From contig NC_047063.1 of assembly GCF_902459465.1 (NCBI RefSeq), forward strand, positions 18,414,001 through 18,478,000: 64,000 nt of DNA, in the 5' to 3' direction. How positions within the stretch are numbered: the first letter of the stretch is position 1; each line of letters begins with the position of its first letter. Of this stretch, positions 1 through 13,500 are shown piece by piece. The notes beneath the pieces are model-generated. The model was not told the DNA's origin, searched no databases, and worked only from the letters and a program-made list of their open reading frames with translations. The translations under genes were made by a program, and so were the position numbers. The DNA comes from Asterias rubens (lineage: Eukaryota).

Positions 1-194
1 TACAATAAAGATCAACTCCATGTGTTTAGAATGTCTGTCATGATTTTGGAAAGTGGAAAAAAAGGACGAATCTGATCACGAGTCTGGCAAAAACTGGTCA
101 AAACTGCTAGTTACACCGATAGTATCAGTCTTGTGTCGTAACCCTCCGGTCTCCGACCGTCGGGAGGATGGAGGGTTACGATTATCGCAACTAC
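1..194 (+). repeat. Near-identical inverted copy of 57874-58067, ending in a hairpin/TIR module
   Basis: The reverse complement of 57874-58067 matches 1-194 with 2 substitutions by manual alignment. It may extend left of the window. Confidence 0.9.
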
Positions 195-780
195 AAAACA
201 CCAATCAAAATTTTCAGCTGGAGTTCATGTGTATGCATACCGCAATTTTACACCTACATTTCCGACAGCAAAACAACTAAGTATAAACTAAACACAAAAT
301 ATTCAATATACATACCAATGCAATTGTTCTGCCAACTTTTTGAAGCCAAAATATCACACCAACTGACTAACCTTGCGCTACCTCTTTAACTTTGGTCCAC
401 ACTCACACCGGTCTATTTTACACAGCGCCACCATCGGTCACGTTTGGAGTCGCAGTTAAAACAACTTTTATTTTAAATTAATAAAAAAATAGCTTTGTAT
501 TATTTTATAAAATTCCACTTAACTAAAATATAACAATTTTCAATACTAAGAAATATTTTATAGCATTTTAATAAAAATAGTATTGAGTTTGATTTGATTA
601 CAGTAAAACAAAATCGTGTTCCTTGAGTGGGACTGTCATGGCAGCACCCGCGATAAAAATTAAAACGTGAAACTGTCGTTTGTAACACACAAACAGTGAG
701 TAAACACTACGTAATAACTAATTATTCTCAACCATTTTGCAAGCACGGTTTTCCAGAGGTCACATCCAGATTTGTTCGAG

Positions 781-3300
781 ATGGCGTCGGGACTGGAGAG
801 TTATATAAACCGTATCCTTTACAAAATACAAGCAAATTTCGCCACGATTCGTCATGCTTGTTTTGCCGTTCGTTGCGTTCCCGGCCGACGTTCGCCGTTG
901 GGTCGCACTAAATTAAATGCATTAAGCCGACAACTGACGACAACAAAATTTTAAATGTTCTTTGAATATAAACAAGATATTAAATAAATGGGAAAAGTTT
1001 CCGTATCGCGCCACCACTTTTTTATTCGATATGAAATCAGTATAAAACTATAACTATGTCATTGTAATTTTGTATTTTGTTTACCTCAATGGGATATCCC
1101 TTTCTGTAAAAATGGGTGAAAAAGTGGTGGCGCCATACGGAAAGTTATCCAGATTCCAGTTGTAGTTTTAAATTAACTGAAAAAGTTTATAAAATTTAAA
1201 AAGGTTTTTTTTTTTACCCTGAATTAGTCATTAATGTTTTTCAACTACATTTTGGGGGGCTACAGGGGGGCAGGCCTATAGCGTAGCTACATACAATACA
1301 AAAATAGTTGCAACTTACTGCTTTGTGAAGTTATTATTGTGTCACTTGAACGACTATTCATGACAACATATTTTACTTGATATTCAAACACAACCAGACA
1401 TCACTGACACAATCTCTCAATCCTTTCAGCGTGAATTCTATAAACAACATGCAGCTATGCATCAATAATGCGACTATTTAAGGCGCAACTAGTCGAGTAG
1501 TAAATTTCACTTGCACCCAGGCCTACTTGCAAGTAAACATCATTTAACAAGTTTGCAATCTGGTAGTGCAGAGTGTGGTACTTAGATTGGGCATAGTTGC
1601 GATAACATAACCCTCTGACTATGCCGTCGGCCGGGAGGAGGGTTACATTATCGCAACTAGATTGGGCACAGCTGGCTGTTGCACCATGAAAACATTATGC
1701 GCGCTTCACTGATCATGATTGGTTTTGCACACTCTGATCCAATGTTTAAGCTGGAAAGTGTGTACAACAAAGCTGTGAGGTTTACAGTGGCTCATGTTTT
1801 TTAAAGAACTTTATTTTAACATTTAATTAATTTCGACTTTCCTAGTGAAAGTTTTCCTTTACTTTCCGATGCACAGACACAGTTTCTGTCATTACCAACG
1901 ATGGCCGACAGATAGTGGTAAGAAAGATACTTTTCACACTCGGGGTTCTGCCCTCAGTGGTTGGTGCTGGAACCCGCCCGGCACTTCTCAAGACACCTCT
2001 GGCAGAATCTATTCTCAATCTGACCACCATTCATTTTCAAATTTTGATATTTAAACTCGCAATTTCCTTCAAAGATTTCAACAAAAATCGAGCATGCAAC
2101 TTTTCCTTGGATCTGCTGATTTCCTCTTTTTTAAAATCTCAATTTTACCATTCAAAATTAAAAAATACTATACAAATATTATACTATATCATTGAAATTT
2201 TGTAATTTCCTTTTTTTTTGGGGTGAAGTTACATTGCATGCCTGGAAAGAAATGAAAAGAAATGGTATCAAAAGCGATAAATTTAGACTACTTGTTTAGG
2301 GTATTTTTTTTTCATGAACTAGGGATATATTTTGTTACCCACTAAAGAAATCCTCGGCAGAACCCTGTTCATTGAAGTGGAACTTAAATTCAATTGAAAA
2401 AAAAAACATGTGCAATACTTTGGAGATTAACAAGAATTAAATAGCCTCAAAATAATGTCAATTTTTCCACAGGGAACGTTAAAAGGTTTTGATCAGACAA
2501 TTAATCTGATCCTGGATGAGAGTCACGAGAGAGTTTACAGCAACACGGCAGGCGTGGAGCAGGTGGTACTTGGTCTTTACATCATCAGAGGAGACAACAT
2601 GTAAGAAACGAATAAAGCCGGGTTCATACTTTCTACGAATGTGAATGCAATTCAAATTTTGACGTCACAACAGTTGAGCTATGTTCAACTACTGCAAAAC
2701 AATCGCTGCAAAAGCAGCTATGTGAACGTCAAAATCAAATAATGTCCAGCCTTGCACTTATTTCAAAGTTTTTGTTAAAGTAGCTCACTGGGCTTAGTTA
2801 ACTTTGTGTTCAACTTGTGCACAGGAAGTTTTGATAACCCAGGTTTTATCAATAAATTGTCATAAATGGACCTTTTATGAAGTTACTTTCACAGGATCAA
2901 CAGTTAACACATTTACAAAATATTATTCCAGGGTCGCAACATCAGGCCATTTAATATTTTTTTCCATTTATACCATAGGTCCTTTTTGTTGATAAGCAGT
3001 TTGCTACAGCGAATGCTTTTTTTCCAAAATATTAATCTAAAACAAAAACTAATAAAAAGAGAAAACGTTCAAGCCTAATATAAATAAGCACGAGCACCCC
3101 CATAAAGTTCTCTCTTGCTTCCAGGAGCTGCAACCACGCAAAAGAAAATATTTATGACATTTTATTAAACCATTATTCATCCAGATTTAATTTCTTTCTT
3201 TGTATTCAGTGCGATCATTGGTGAAATAGATGACGATACAGACAGCGCCTTGGACCTGACCAATGTGAAAGCAGAGCCTCTCAACCCTGTTGTGCACTGA
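781..3300 (+). CDS. LSM8: U6 snRNA-associated Sm-like protein LSm8 (96 aa, 4 exons)
   Basis: Exons 781-811, 1877-1917, 2473-2600, 3210-3300 total 291 nt and give MASGLESYINHTVSVITNDGRQIVGTLKGFDQTINLILDESHERVYSNTAGVEQVVLGLYIIRGDNIAIIGEIDDDTDSALDLTNVKAEPLNPVVH*. This has Sm1/Sm2 motifs and matches remembered LSm8 sequence and length. Confidence 0.97.
991..1150. mobile_element. About 160-bp MITE (TIR GGAWAACTTTCCGTATGGCGCCACCACTTTT); other copies at 61027-61158 and, partial, about 16745-16830
   Basis: About 30-bp terminal inverted repeats and several dispersed copies. Confidence 0.8.
1594..1659. mobile_element. 66-bp hairpin micro-MITE with 9-bp TSD (Mutator-like signature)
   Basis: TIR TAGTTGCGATAA / TTATCGCAACTA. 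Perfect direct repeat GATTGGGCA at 1585-1593 and 1660-1668. Confidence 0.85.
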
Positions 3301-6300
3301 CAGGTCAGCCATGTCAAAGACTTACTGTTTTTTCAAATGTCCTGAACTTATAAACCGAAGACAGTGGTCGAGCGGATTCTGTATTATAGCTCTTTAAATT
3401 CCAGTCCAGGCCTGATTCTGCACGGAGGCAACGAAGGGGATTGCCTCCATGCCTCCTGGTCATTGCCACAGTGCCCTTGAAATGCTCCAGTAGAAATTTA
3501 CATTTTCCTTAAAGGGTGCCTGCCCTTTACCAAGGAGAACATGCCTTGGTTCCCTTGCCCCGTTAAAAAACGAAGCATACATGCTTGCCAGCTATTGGTT
3601 TCTGGAGATGACTTGCACAGTACTCAAAGACTTTTGTGATGACAATTTCCTAAAGATCGCCAGAGCTATAAATGCAACTGTCACTACACAAAATATCGTG
3701 GATTGGACTATTGTTCATCCCGAGAAACTTCTCAGAGCTATGGTGGTGTGCCAGGACAGTCTTGCGTAGATTCAAACATCATAGAGGGAGTCTGGTTAAT
3801 AAAATGTTTAAGGCGTTATGAATGCTTCGTGGCATCGTTTCCCGTCTGTTTCGCGTATTCAAACATTTCATAGAGGGAGTCTGGATAATTTTTTTTTTAA
3901 AGGCGTTATGAATGCTTCGTGGCATCGTTTACTGCCTGTTTATGCAAATGAGGTAAGGTTGTGTCATCGCGGACAAAGTTGGTGTCTACATGGAGTCGTC
4001 CACATTGTTAAGAAGGGTTTTGTAGAATTTTCAGAGTGTGGGATTGATGTGCAACAAATTTTAAATGCATTCGGTTTGTGCATTCTTTCAGAATACAATT
4101 ACTCTGGCTTTTCCATTTAAAGGCACTGGACACTACTGGTAATTACTCAAAATAATTGTTAGCAAAAAAACTTACTTGGTATCGGGCAATGGAGAGTTCT
4201 TGATAGTATAAAATATTGTGAGAAGTGGCTCCCTCTGTATACTAGAAACAAAGTTTTGGAGAAAGAGGTAATTTCTCACTCAAATATCTTTCATTAATAT
4301 TCTCTTGCAACTTCAATGACCAATTGAGTCAAATTCTTTTACAAGTTTGTTACTTTATGCATATGTTGTGATACACCAAGTTAGAGTACTAGTCTTTGAC
4401 AAATACCAAAGGTGTCCAGTGTTATTGACTTTCTAGTGAGGTTACATTTCCAGGCAGTTGTTTTTGATAAAAAAAATTATTTTTTTAGGAACATCTGTTG
4501 TAAATAACTTTTTAAGATAACTTGTTGTTTTTAGGTCTGGGTACATGAAAAGGTGGACTCAATGATTCATCTTTTTTGAGATATTCATTATGAAATTAAA
4601 ATGGGTAGAAGGGAAAAGATGTTTAATTGAATTGTTACAACCCTCTTACTTTCAGAACCAATGGGAGACTTTCTGGGACGATAGAGGGCAGCAGACTTAC
4701 CGGGTAAATCCATTGTTCTAAGAATTATGCGCATGTTCAGAACTACGTAAACAATGGAAATTTACCCGGTATGTCTGCTGCCACCTAGCGTTGGAAAGTC
4801 TCCTATTGTCAGTAAATTGACCAACCAATGGGAACCATTCGTTATATTGTTTCTGGAAAAAAAAATCTTTTTCAACTGGTATGCTTCCTTTGATTCTAAA
4901 TTGTACAAAACTGGTTTTATCTTATCTATGACCTTGTTGGTAGCTTTTGATTTGAAACGTATATTTATTTTAAAACGTATATACTGTTGGCTCTTCAGAC
5001 ATGGCTGGAATTGTTGTGTACTGTAGATGCATTCACTGGCCAATATATGCCGTAATTGCTGTCTACATTTTTCATGTTATTCAAAACTCTGGATAATATT
5101 GAATGGTCAAATAGTAGGAGGGTTGTCTCACTATTATTTTTTAGCTGTTAATTAGGGAAATATTCCTTTTAGGGTATCTTTGCTATTACAAGATGTGAAA
5201 TAAAACAATGTACAAAGAAACAAATACGAGTTTTTCATTTCTTTTTATTTACAGAATTGTAACAGCATGTTTTTCAAATGCGTGTGTCCATTATTTCTGT
5301 AAGATAAGTTTCTTTTACAGTTGAGTTTTATAAACTGGAATGTTTCTTCCCTTTGATTCTAAATTTTCAAGCAGATAGCTTTTGATTCATTCAGTAATTT
5401 TGTGAACTGTAGTTTATTAAAAAGGAAAATGTAATAAATTTCTACATCAGAGCAGTTACTAGACTACACAAACCAAGTATTCCCGCCAGCCAAAGAGAAA
5501 TCCTACAACTACACTATCTTGATGCATTTACAGTTAATCCAATGGCAATAAAAACAAAGAAGAGAAAGAAAAATTGATTTCAGCCAGATTGGAAAAGCCA
5601 TCAAGTTTATTTTGATTCCAAGTTCACAGTAATACAGGTATAAAGCTCACATTAAACCAAATCCGGACTTCAAGTTTCACCCGACAATTCAATTGAAATT
5701 ACAAATTTGTTGATTTAAAAAGAAGGCAAGAAAAATGCCAAACAAAAATGAACCTTCATCTCCAATGTATTCAAGCAATTTCTAAAGTGCTTCCTTCTTT
5801 GAGCAAATGTAGTGTGAAACAATGTTGCAAGGTGAAACTGGCTGGTAGTTCTAGTTCCCCCGCCATTTTAGAACACAGTGATATAAAACTCTTTGATTAG
5901 GGTGTAGGTTGATTATTGATAGGTCTGATACTTCACGGAGGCAACGATTGCCCCTGGCCATGCCTTGGTGCCCCTTGAATATTCCAATAGAAATTTACAA
6001 ATTTCTCATTGAGGTGCCCTTTACCAATGAGAAAATGCCTTGGTACCCTTCCCCCTTTCAAAAATGAAGCATCAGGCATGCAATGTGTTCTTTTTCCACA
6101 GATTTTTTCCAGGAGAGGTGGAAGAAATATGCATATCTATTGTGGCAAATCCTGCACCATTGGCACCAAATGTCTTCCCTTTCCGAGTTCTTGCATGGTC
6201 AAGACCTTATAAATATTTCATGAAAGATAGCTTGAAACTGAATTCCAGCAGCTTACAGTTTACAATTCTGCTGGTTGTTAACCTCAGAAACTGCTATTTG

Positions 6301-6483
6301 GCAGACAAAAAGCTAAAATCTAACTTTAGGGTGAATATTGAAAAATTTAAAACAGTACGATTTGAACCCCATCTTTGATTGGGGTGCTAGTGAGAAGCCA
6401 CTCGTTGAACAAATTGTAACCTTAGTTTCACACTTTTCTTAGTTGGCATTTACAAAAAAAAAAGCCTCCAAAAATGAACTGTC

Positions 6484-9400
6484 CTAACGTAGAGTGGTGA
6501 GAATTGCATCCACTTTGGTGTTAATGTCATTACGTTTGGCCGTAAGAGTCTTGTCCACGTCTATGTACTGCTGCTTAGACAACTTGCCGGCAACAACCTT
6601 CTCAGCGTTGTTTACGGCTGTCTGAGCAAAGTCCTTCAGGAGACCTCCATACTTCTGAAGTTCAACAACCTGGAAGATGGGTTGGACAAAAATGATTGTT
6701 TAGATGTTGAGGTCTTCGTCTCAAATGAATTATTGACAAGAGGATTCACACTTTATTAACAAAGTCAAGGTATATTGCCACTTTAATAGACGACACAATT
6801 TAGCAAGCATGGGGCTCCACACCAATTTCTTTTGACTTGGCTAAGATTTAAATGCCTGACCCTGTGCTAAGCAAATATTATTTGGGCTGACAGCCCTCAG
6901 TCCTTTAGAATCTATTTATTTAATTATAAGCTTACTTACTTTAAACACACTTTATTGATTATGTTGCAAACTACTGTTTAAATTGTCCTTATATTATTAT
7001 TATACAAATTGTATCCACGGTTATTGAGGATGTCATTATGAAATAAATGTCTTATCAAATTGAATTGAATGATGACCCTTTTAATAACCTACCTTTTCAG
7101 TGACATCTGAGCCTTCCTGCTTGAGGCTAGCCACGAGGCCCTGCACGACCTTGTCCATGGCGCGGTTCTCTGTATCCAGCTTCTTTAGAGTACCCTGGAA
7201 TCCTGAGAACAAATGCAAAGAGATTAAGAAGTTAAGGTAATGTCCAAACTGGCAGCTACAGCTCAGCTAGATTTCTGCATCATCATGCTTTGAGGTATAG
7301 GTTGCCCTAAACAAAACCCTTAACAATAATCAAGGAGGTTGTCGAAGTTGTTCATCACGGCAAAATTAGTTTTTTTTTTTTCAGGAAACTTTTTGCAGGA
7401 TCAGGGAGAGTTGGCACAGGGAGATTTGGCAACTCTGCCACACAGTGCTCCTGCCATGATTTGAACTGGGGTCCTAGAGGTAAGGAAAAATACCCCTACG
7501 CCAACCCGACCTTATGCATGCGACGTCATTTGAGTAGGTCGCCCTCGTCTAGAGGTAAAAAAAAAAAAGGTAGTTGTGCGTAGACTTGCATTTGCCAATG
7601 TTGCGTCATCATTTTACCTCTAAGAGGGCGGAGTAATGACATCAATGTATAAGGTCCATTGATGACTTCAATGTAGAAACAACTATCTACCCTGGTTTTT
7701 CTTTACCGCAGTCTGAATGATGTAATACCTTACCTTGAGAGTCTTTACTAGACTTGTACTTGTTGATGGCATCCTCATAGCTTGAGTATAGAGCTCTCTT
7801 CTTCTCTACCTGCTCGATAACGTTGTCCACCAAGCTAGCAATTCGCATACGAGACTCACTCGCTTCATCCTGCAGGAAATAGAAATGATTTTGGAATTTT
7901 AGTAAAACTGTTTATTTGTTGTTTTATTTTCATTCATACAACAAATAATACCAATTCATAATATACAAGGTGATAGAGTTAATAAAAATAGACTAAACCG
8001 AGTTATACACATGTCGAGTCCAATATTGAATAAATATGTATGAATGGGGGTGTCATTCAAGAGAAGGATATGGTCTTCTGTAGTGGAACACCCAAGACGG
8101 CTGACAAATTACAAAAAAGTAGATGCGGTTAAGAGTAAACAATTCATTTCAGTTGCAAACAATCATAATACAATATAATTCTATTAAACGCGCTTTGTGA
8201 CCCGCAGGTCACATAACATTAGAGTCATTACACTAGTCAGTGATGCAACTTTCTTATTGCAAAAAAAGAGGAAATGGCCAATCACACTAAACTCTTGTAC
8301 AGTGTTTTTTCAGTTGTCTATGGCACTTTTTTGAGAAAAGAGGAAATCGGCTGATCAGCTGAAAAGTCACATGCCTGAATAGTTAAAATTACATGACATA
8401 TAGTATATTGTTTAAAGACAGTGGACACTATTGGTAATTGTCAAAGACCATTCTCACTTTTTTTCTCACTTGGTGATCTCAACATATGCATAAAGTAAAC
8501 AAACCTGTGAAAATTTGAGCTCAATCGGTCGTCGAATTTGCGAGATAATAATGAAAGAAAAAAACACCCCTGTTACACGAAGTTGTGTGCTTTCAGATGC
8601 TTGATTTCGAGACCTCAAATTCTAAACTTGAGGTCTCGAAATCAAATTCGTAGAAAATTACTTCTTTCTCGAAAACCACGTCACTTCAGAGGGAGCTGTT
8701 TCTCACAATGTTTTGTACCATCAACCTCTCCTCATTTCTCGCAATCAAGAAAGGTTTTATGATGATAATTATTTTGAGTAATTACCAATAGTGTCCACTG
8801 CCTTTAAAAGTACACCTAAATAGTAAATATAAATAATATAAGCAAAAAACAATTGCACCCTCGCCTATAAAACAGAAATAGAACCACATTTTTACTAAAG
8901 AAACACCTCACTTTAGATTAAGGGAAATAAAATAATTATTAAGGGACATAACAGTCTAAATAAAACATTAAATTAAATAAGAACCTTACACAGAAGGCAA
9001 GTTTTACTTATGAAAACCATTAACGTAAAGACTGATATGTGATTATTGTGTGATTTCCATTTCAAGGCACTGCTAACTGTAAACCAAAAATAAATTAGCA
9101 CATTTCAAAAATGTATTATTCACATCTGAAAGGTGGTGTTTACAAGCCTGGAACAGTTTTTACTAGCCAATGTACGCCGGGCTAGTGTTAAGGGCGAGCC
9201 CTGCTGATTAACTCAATCCATCAGGGTAACACGCCCTTCTTAATGGTAACACGCCCTTCTTAATGGTGACACGCCCTTCTTAATGGTGACACGCCCTTCT
9301 TAATGGTGGCACACCCTTCTTAATAGTGACATGCCGATCTTAATGGTGACACACCCTTCTTAATGGTGACAAGCCCTTCTTAATGGTGACACGCCCTTCT

Positions 9401-10540
9401 TAATGGTGGCACGCCCTTCTTAATGGTGACACGCCCTTCTTAATGGTGGCATGCCCTTCTTAAAGGTGGCATGCCCTTCTTAATGGTGACACACCCTTCT
9501 TAATGGTGGCACGCCCTTCTTAATGGTGGCACGCCCTACCTAATGGTGACAGCCTTACCTTAGTGATGGAGAAGTCAAGTCGTACGATGATGATGACGCT
9601 AATGAAGAGGATGAAGAAAGCACCCACAACAAGAAGAGGTTCCTGGAGCAGGAGAACCTTGTTGAAGGAGTAGTGCAGCTGCAAACAATCAGATCAATTC
9701 AATAAGAACATACTTAATATTATTCTCATTTAATTGTCATCAATTATTTTTCTTTACAACTTCTTTACTGTCTTTGACTTAATTTGTTTATTGATCTATG
9801 TTTTTATGGAAATAAATATTGATTGAATTGAATAATAACAGTTGCTTTTTAAATAGCCCTAAAATCTGTCACAATGTGAAACAAATGGCACTTCAATATC
9901 ATTAACCCTGGTCACTGGGCCATTTCTTTTAAATTTGTAATAATTGTCCATGTTTGTAAGTACCCAACTCAATTTATATCTAGAAGCTATTTAAAGTGAA
10001 ATTCAACAAGCAAACAAAGGCCTTGCTAACTATATATGAAAGTATTTTGACTCACTCACAACTATTTCATTTGGCATTTGGCAAGAGAGATACCACTAAG
10101 GTCATATTCTGAATATCATTTACATGTTTCCATTAATTTCATACTTTGTCTCACAGGACCACTTGACTTTTTCTTAACAATATTGAATATTTTATCAGAA
10201 TGTAAAATCACATCACAGAAAACTACCACCAAAACACTACCAATACAGAGCAACAATATTGACAGACTTACTTCAAAATCAGCAATGTGTTGCTCTACCA
10301 GGTTGGTCTTCTTAGCGACGATGACCGGGCGACCGATGGTGTCCAGGTAGGTGTAGTGGACCTCATCCGACTTACGCTCAATATCAAATGTTGTCTTAAG
10401 ATCAATGTCCCTGAAGATAAAAAGGGTTCAAGTTAGTGGCATATTTGTATTAGCTTGAATGGTTGCTTTTAAGAAGAAAACAAATCCTAAACAACATCAA
10501 AATGAATCCTGTGAGATTAAGGTTTTGCTGGTTTGTGTGT

Positions 10541-10573
<33 letters not shown>

Positions 10574-13500
10574 CTTTTCAAAACAATTACTTTATTCATT
10601 CACAAAATATAACAAATTTACAAAAGACAAAGAAAGCTAAAAATTTACATTAGCAGACAAAAAAACAAGTCGGTAGCTGGGACTGAAATTACATTCAAAT
10701 TAACACTTAAAGACACTGGACACTATTGGTAATTGTCAAAGACCAGTCTTCTCACTTGGTGTATATCAATATATGCATAAAATAACAAACCTGTGCAAAT
10801 TTGAGCTCAATTGGTCGTTGAAGTTGCGAGATAATAATGAAAAGAAAAAACACCCTTGTCACACAAAGTTGTGTGCTTTCAGATGCTTGATTTCGATACC
10901 TCAAATTCTAAATCTGAGGTCACAAAATCAGCTTCGAAAATGTTTCATACTATCAACATCTCCCCATTACTCGTTACCAAGTCAGGTTTTATGCTAATAA
11001 TTATTTTGAGTAATTACTAAAAGTGTCCACTGTCTTTAAGTAAATACATTAGTACGGCTTGGTTAAGGACGATAGACACAAATACAGAATGATTGATTGA
11101 ACTTTTTATTTGGGCTTTTAAAAACATAACAGTATAAATACGGAAGAATTTGAATAACAATCAGACCAAGAAATGCAAAAACAGGAATAAGTGAAATCCA
11201 AAATTAAAACAAAACCCTAGGAATTGCTCCTCAGCAACTAAATCACTATCTAAAAGAGCGATCACCGAAAATACAAAAAGAATATTAGAACATACAATTA
11301 AACATCCAAAACAAAAAATAATGATATTCAATCTTACAATATTATTACACTTTGGTGAACTTACTTGGATCCTTCAGGGAGAATTATTCTGACTGTAAGC
11401 TCATCAACGATCATGTCATCAAAGACATGGTCCAGAACTCGCATCTTCAAGACGTACTTGTCCCCTATGAAGGAAAAAACAAACCACAAAACCACATTTT
11501 CAGCAAGGATTAAATTAATTTCAAGAAATTTGTAAATACATTTTTAATGGAATTATTCAAGAAACAGTACGATAGGAAACAGTAGGGGAAATAAATCAGA
11601 AACTATTTCGCTGGTAGGAAGCATCTCAAAAGTCGGCACATTCTAGGCGCAAAAGAATATTCCTGTTGGCACTTTTCAGCAATCTATTTGGCTGCCAGAA
11701 TGTTCCTCTAGAACACATCATTGTGTCCAAGTTGTAACAGCATCAATAACAGTTTATCAAGTGTTCAATATTAAACAAGTATACACAAGTAAACCGTTGT
11801 AAAGATTTCAAATGAAAAGATTTGTATGCAGGCCTGGAATTACAGCGCGGTCATGGGGGCCAAGGCCTTGATTTTCACGGGTCTCGGTACCCCTTAACAA
11901 GTTCCCATAGACTTTAAGATTTCCCAATAGATTTCCCAATTTCCCTTTGCGAAATTAAAATGGCCTTACCCTCTCAAAGATAACCAAACATGAGATGAGA
12001 GAAAAATCAAAGTGTCCTCATTAGGATTTGAACCCAAGATCCTGCAAGATCCCCCCCCCACCCCCAACACTCTGGGCAGATGCTCTACCAACTGAGCTAT
12101 GAGGCACAGCGATTAATTCCCTTAGGTATTCCCTAAGAACCACATTTTTCTCTCGGAGTTGCATGGATGCGCAACTAGACAAGGTTTAAACACAACGTTT
12201 GATTTGATATGGTGCCTAATCACCATCATCATTCAAATATGAAATTGCAGGCCTGCTTTTGGCCAAACAGACGTAGGGTGGCACCTGGGCCCAATGTCAT
12301 AGCACCGCTTAAACGGTAAGCAAATTTTCGTGCTTACCGTAGCAGAAAAATTTTCCCAAGTGCAAGCAGCACTATGAAATGGAAATCGCACAGTAAGCAC
12401 AAAATCTGCAGCTAAGCAGCGCTATGAAATTGGCACCAGCTCTCTAGACTTACCAGAGTTGTAGAGATTCTCATAGCTGGGTAGATTGTACCCAATGAGG
12501 TAGTGCGTCTTCCATCCTCCAAAGAGTGGGAATCTTGGCCTGAGTTCCAGCTCTACATGGTCGTCATGCTCAAGCAGGTTACTGGTGGAGATGTTGCCGA
12601 TCTCGTCGCGGTAGTAGACATCTTTAGCTGAGGCAGGCAAGAAGGTCTGTAGGATGTAGGATGCAGGTTTGTAAATCTATACAAGAACTTCTTTAGTCAC
12701 ACAATAAATCTTGTTTGATTAGTTTGGGAGTCTGATTCCTCTGTATTACTTTGCATTGCGCAAGGGGTTTGGGTACTTTCTGTACGACACAAAACACAAA
12801 TGTCCACAGACTTACATTAAACTTACAGGGTTTAAATTGAATGATGGTAGAAAGAATCCCTTGAAATGTTACTTGCTGAGGTGCTGTAGTTTTTTAGTTG
12901 CTAACAATTTCAACATTTTTATCCCTGCTCATCGGGCATACTTTAGACCATTCCTCAAACTTGCTCAACTCCTTGTGGAGCATACAACCCAAACTGCTTA
13001 AATTAGCATCTCCTGTGGTGTTTTGGGGCAGGAGCCAGTTGGGCAGGAGAGTACACCGATAATACTACAGGGTTAAACAACCAAATCTTTACCTAAAGTT
13101 TGATATTTGTCAAACCACTCCTTGTCAATAAAAATCCTTTCACTAATCAGGCAGTCCTGAAAGTACACTGAGGCTACAACAGCTGATGCCCTTGTCTTGG
13201 CTTTGGTGGTCCTCAAAAACTCTCCATAGACATAATATAAATTTCCAATGAAAGTGCCCTTTGCACAATGAAAATGGCCTTGCCCTCTAAAAATGAAATT
13301 CCAGTCCCGATCAAGCCTAGGGCTTTTCTCAAACTTTGGCTCAGGCCCCGGCTCCGCGTACTGATGTTGGTGCAATTCGTGCTGAAAATGCAGGTTAAAG
13401 GCCGAGCTGCATACACAGAGCGCAGGGCCTTAGCCTGCGCCCAAGCCGAGGTATGAGAAAGGCCCCTAACATCTTCAGAATAAAGAATCACATCTCGTTT

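Larger units (their letters stand above)
812..1876 (+). other. U12-type (minor spliceosome) GT-AG intron, LSM8 intron 1
   Basis: 5' splice site GTATCCTTT at 812-820. U12-like branch site TTTTCCTTTAC at 1852-1862, with the branch A 15 nt before the AG at 1875-1876 and no long polypyrimidine tract after it. Confidence 0.92.

Noticed and set aside
53-280. ORF duplicated at 57722-58015 (MEKKDESDHESG...)
   Set aside because: It arises only from the inverted DNA duplicate and the hairpin element; there is no splice or homology support.
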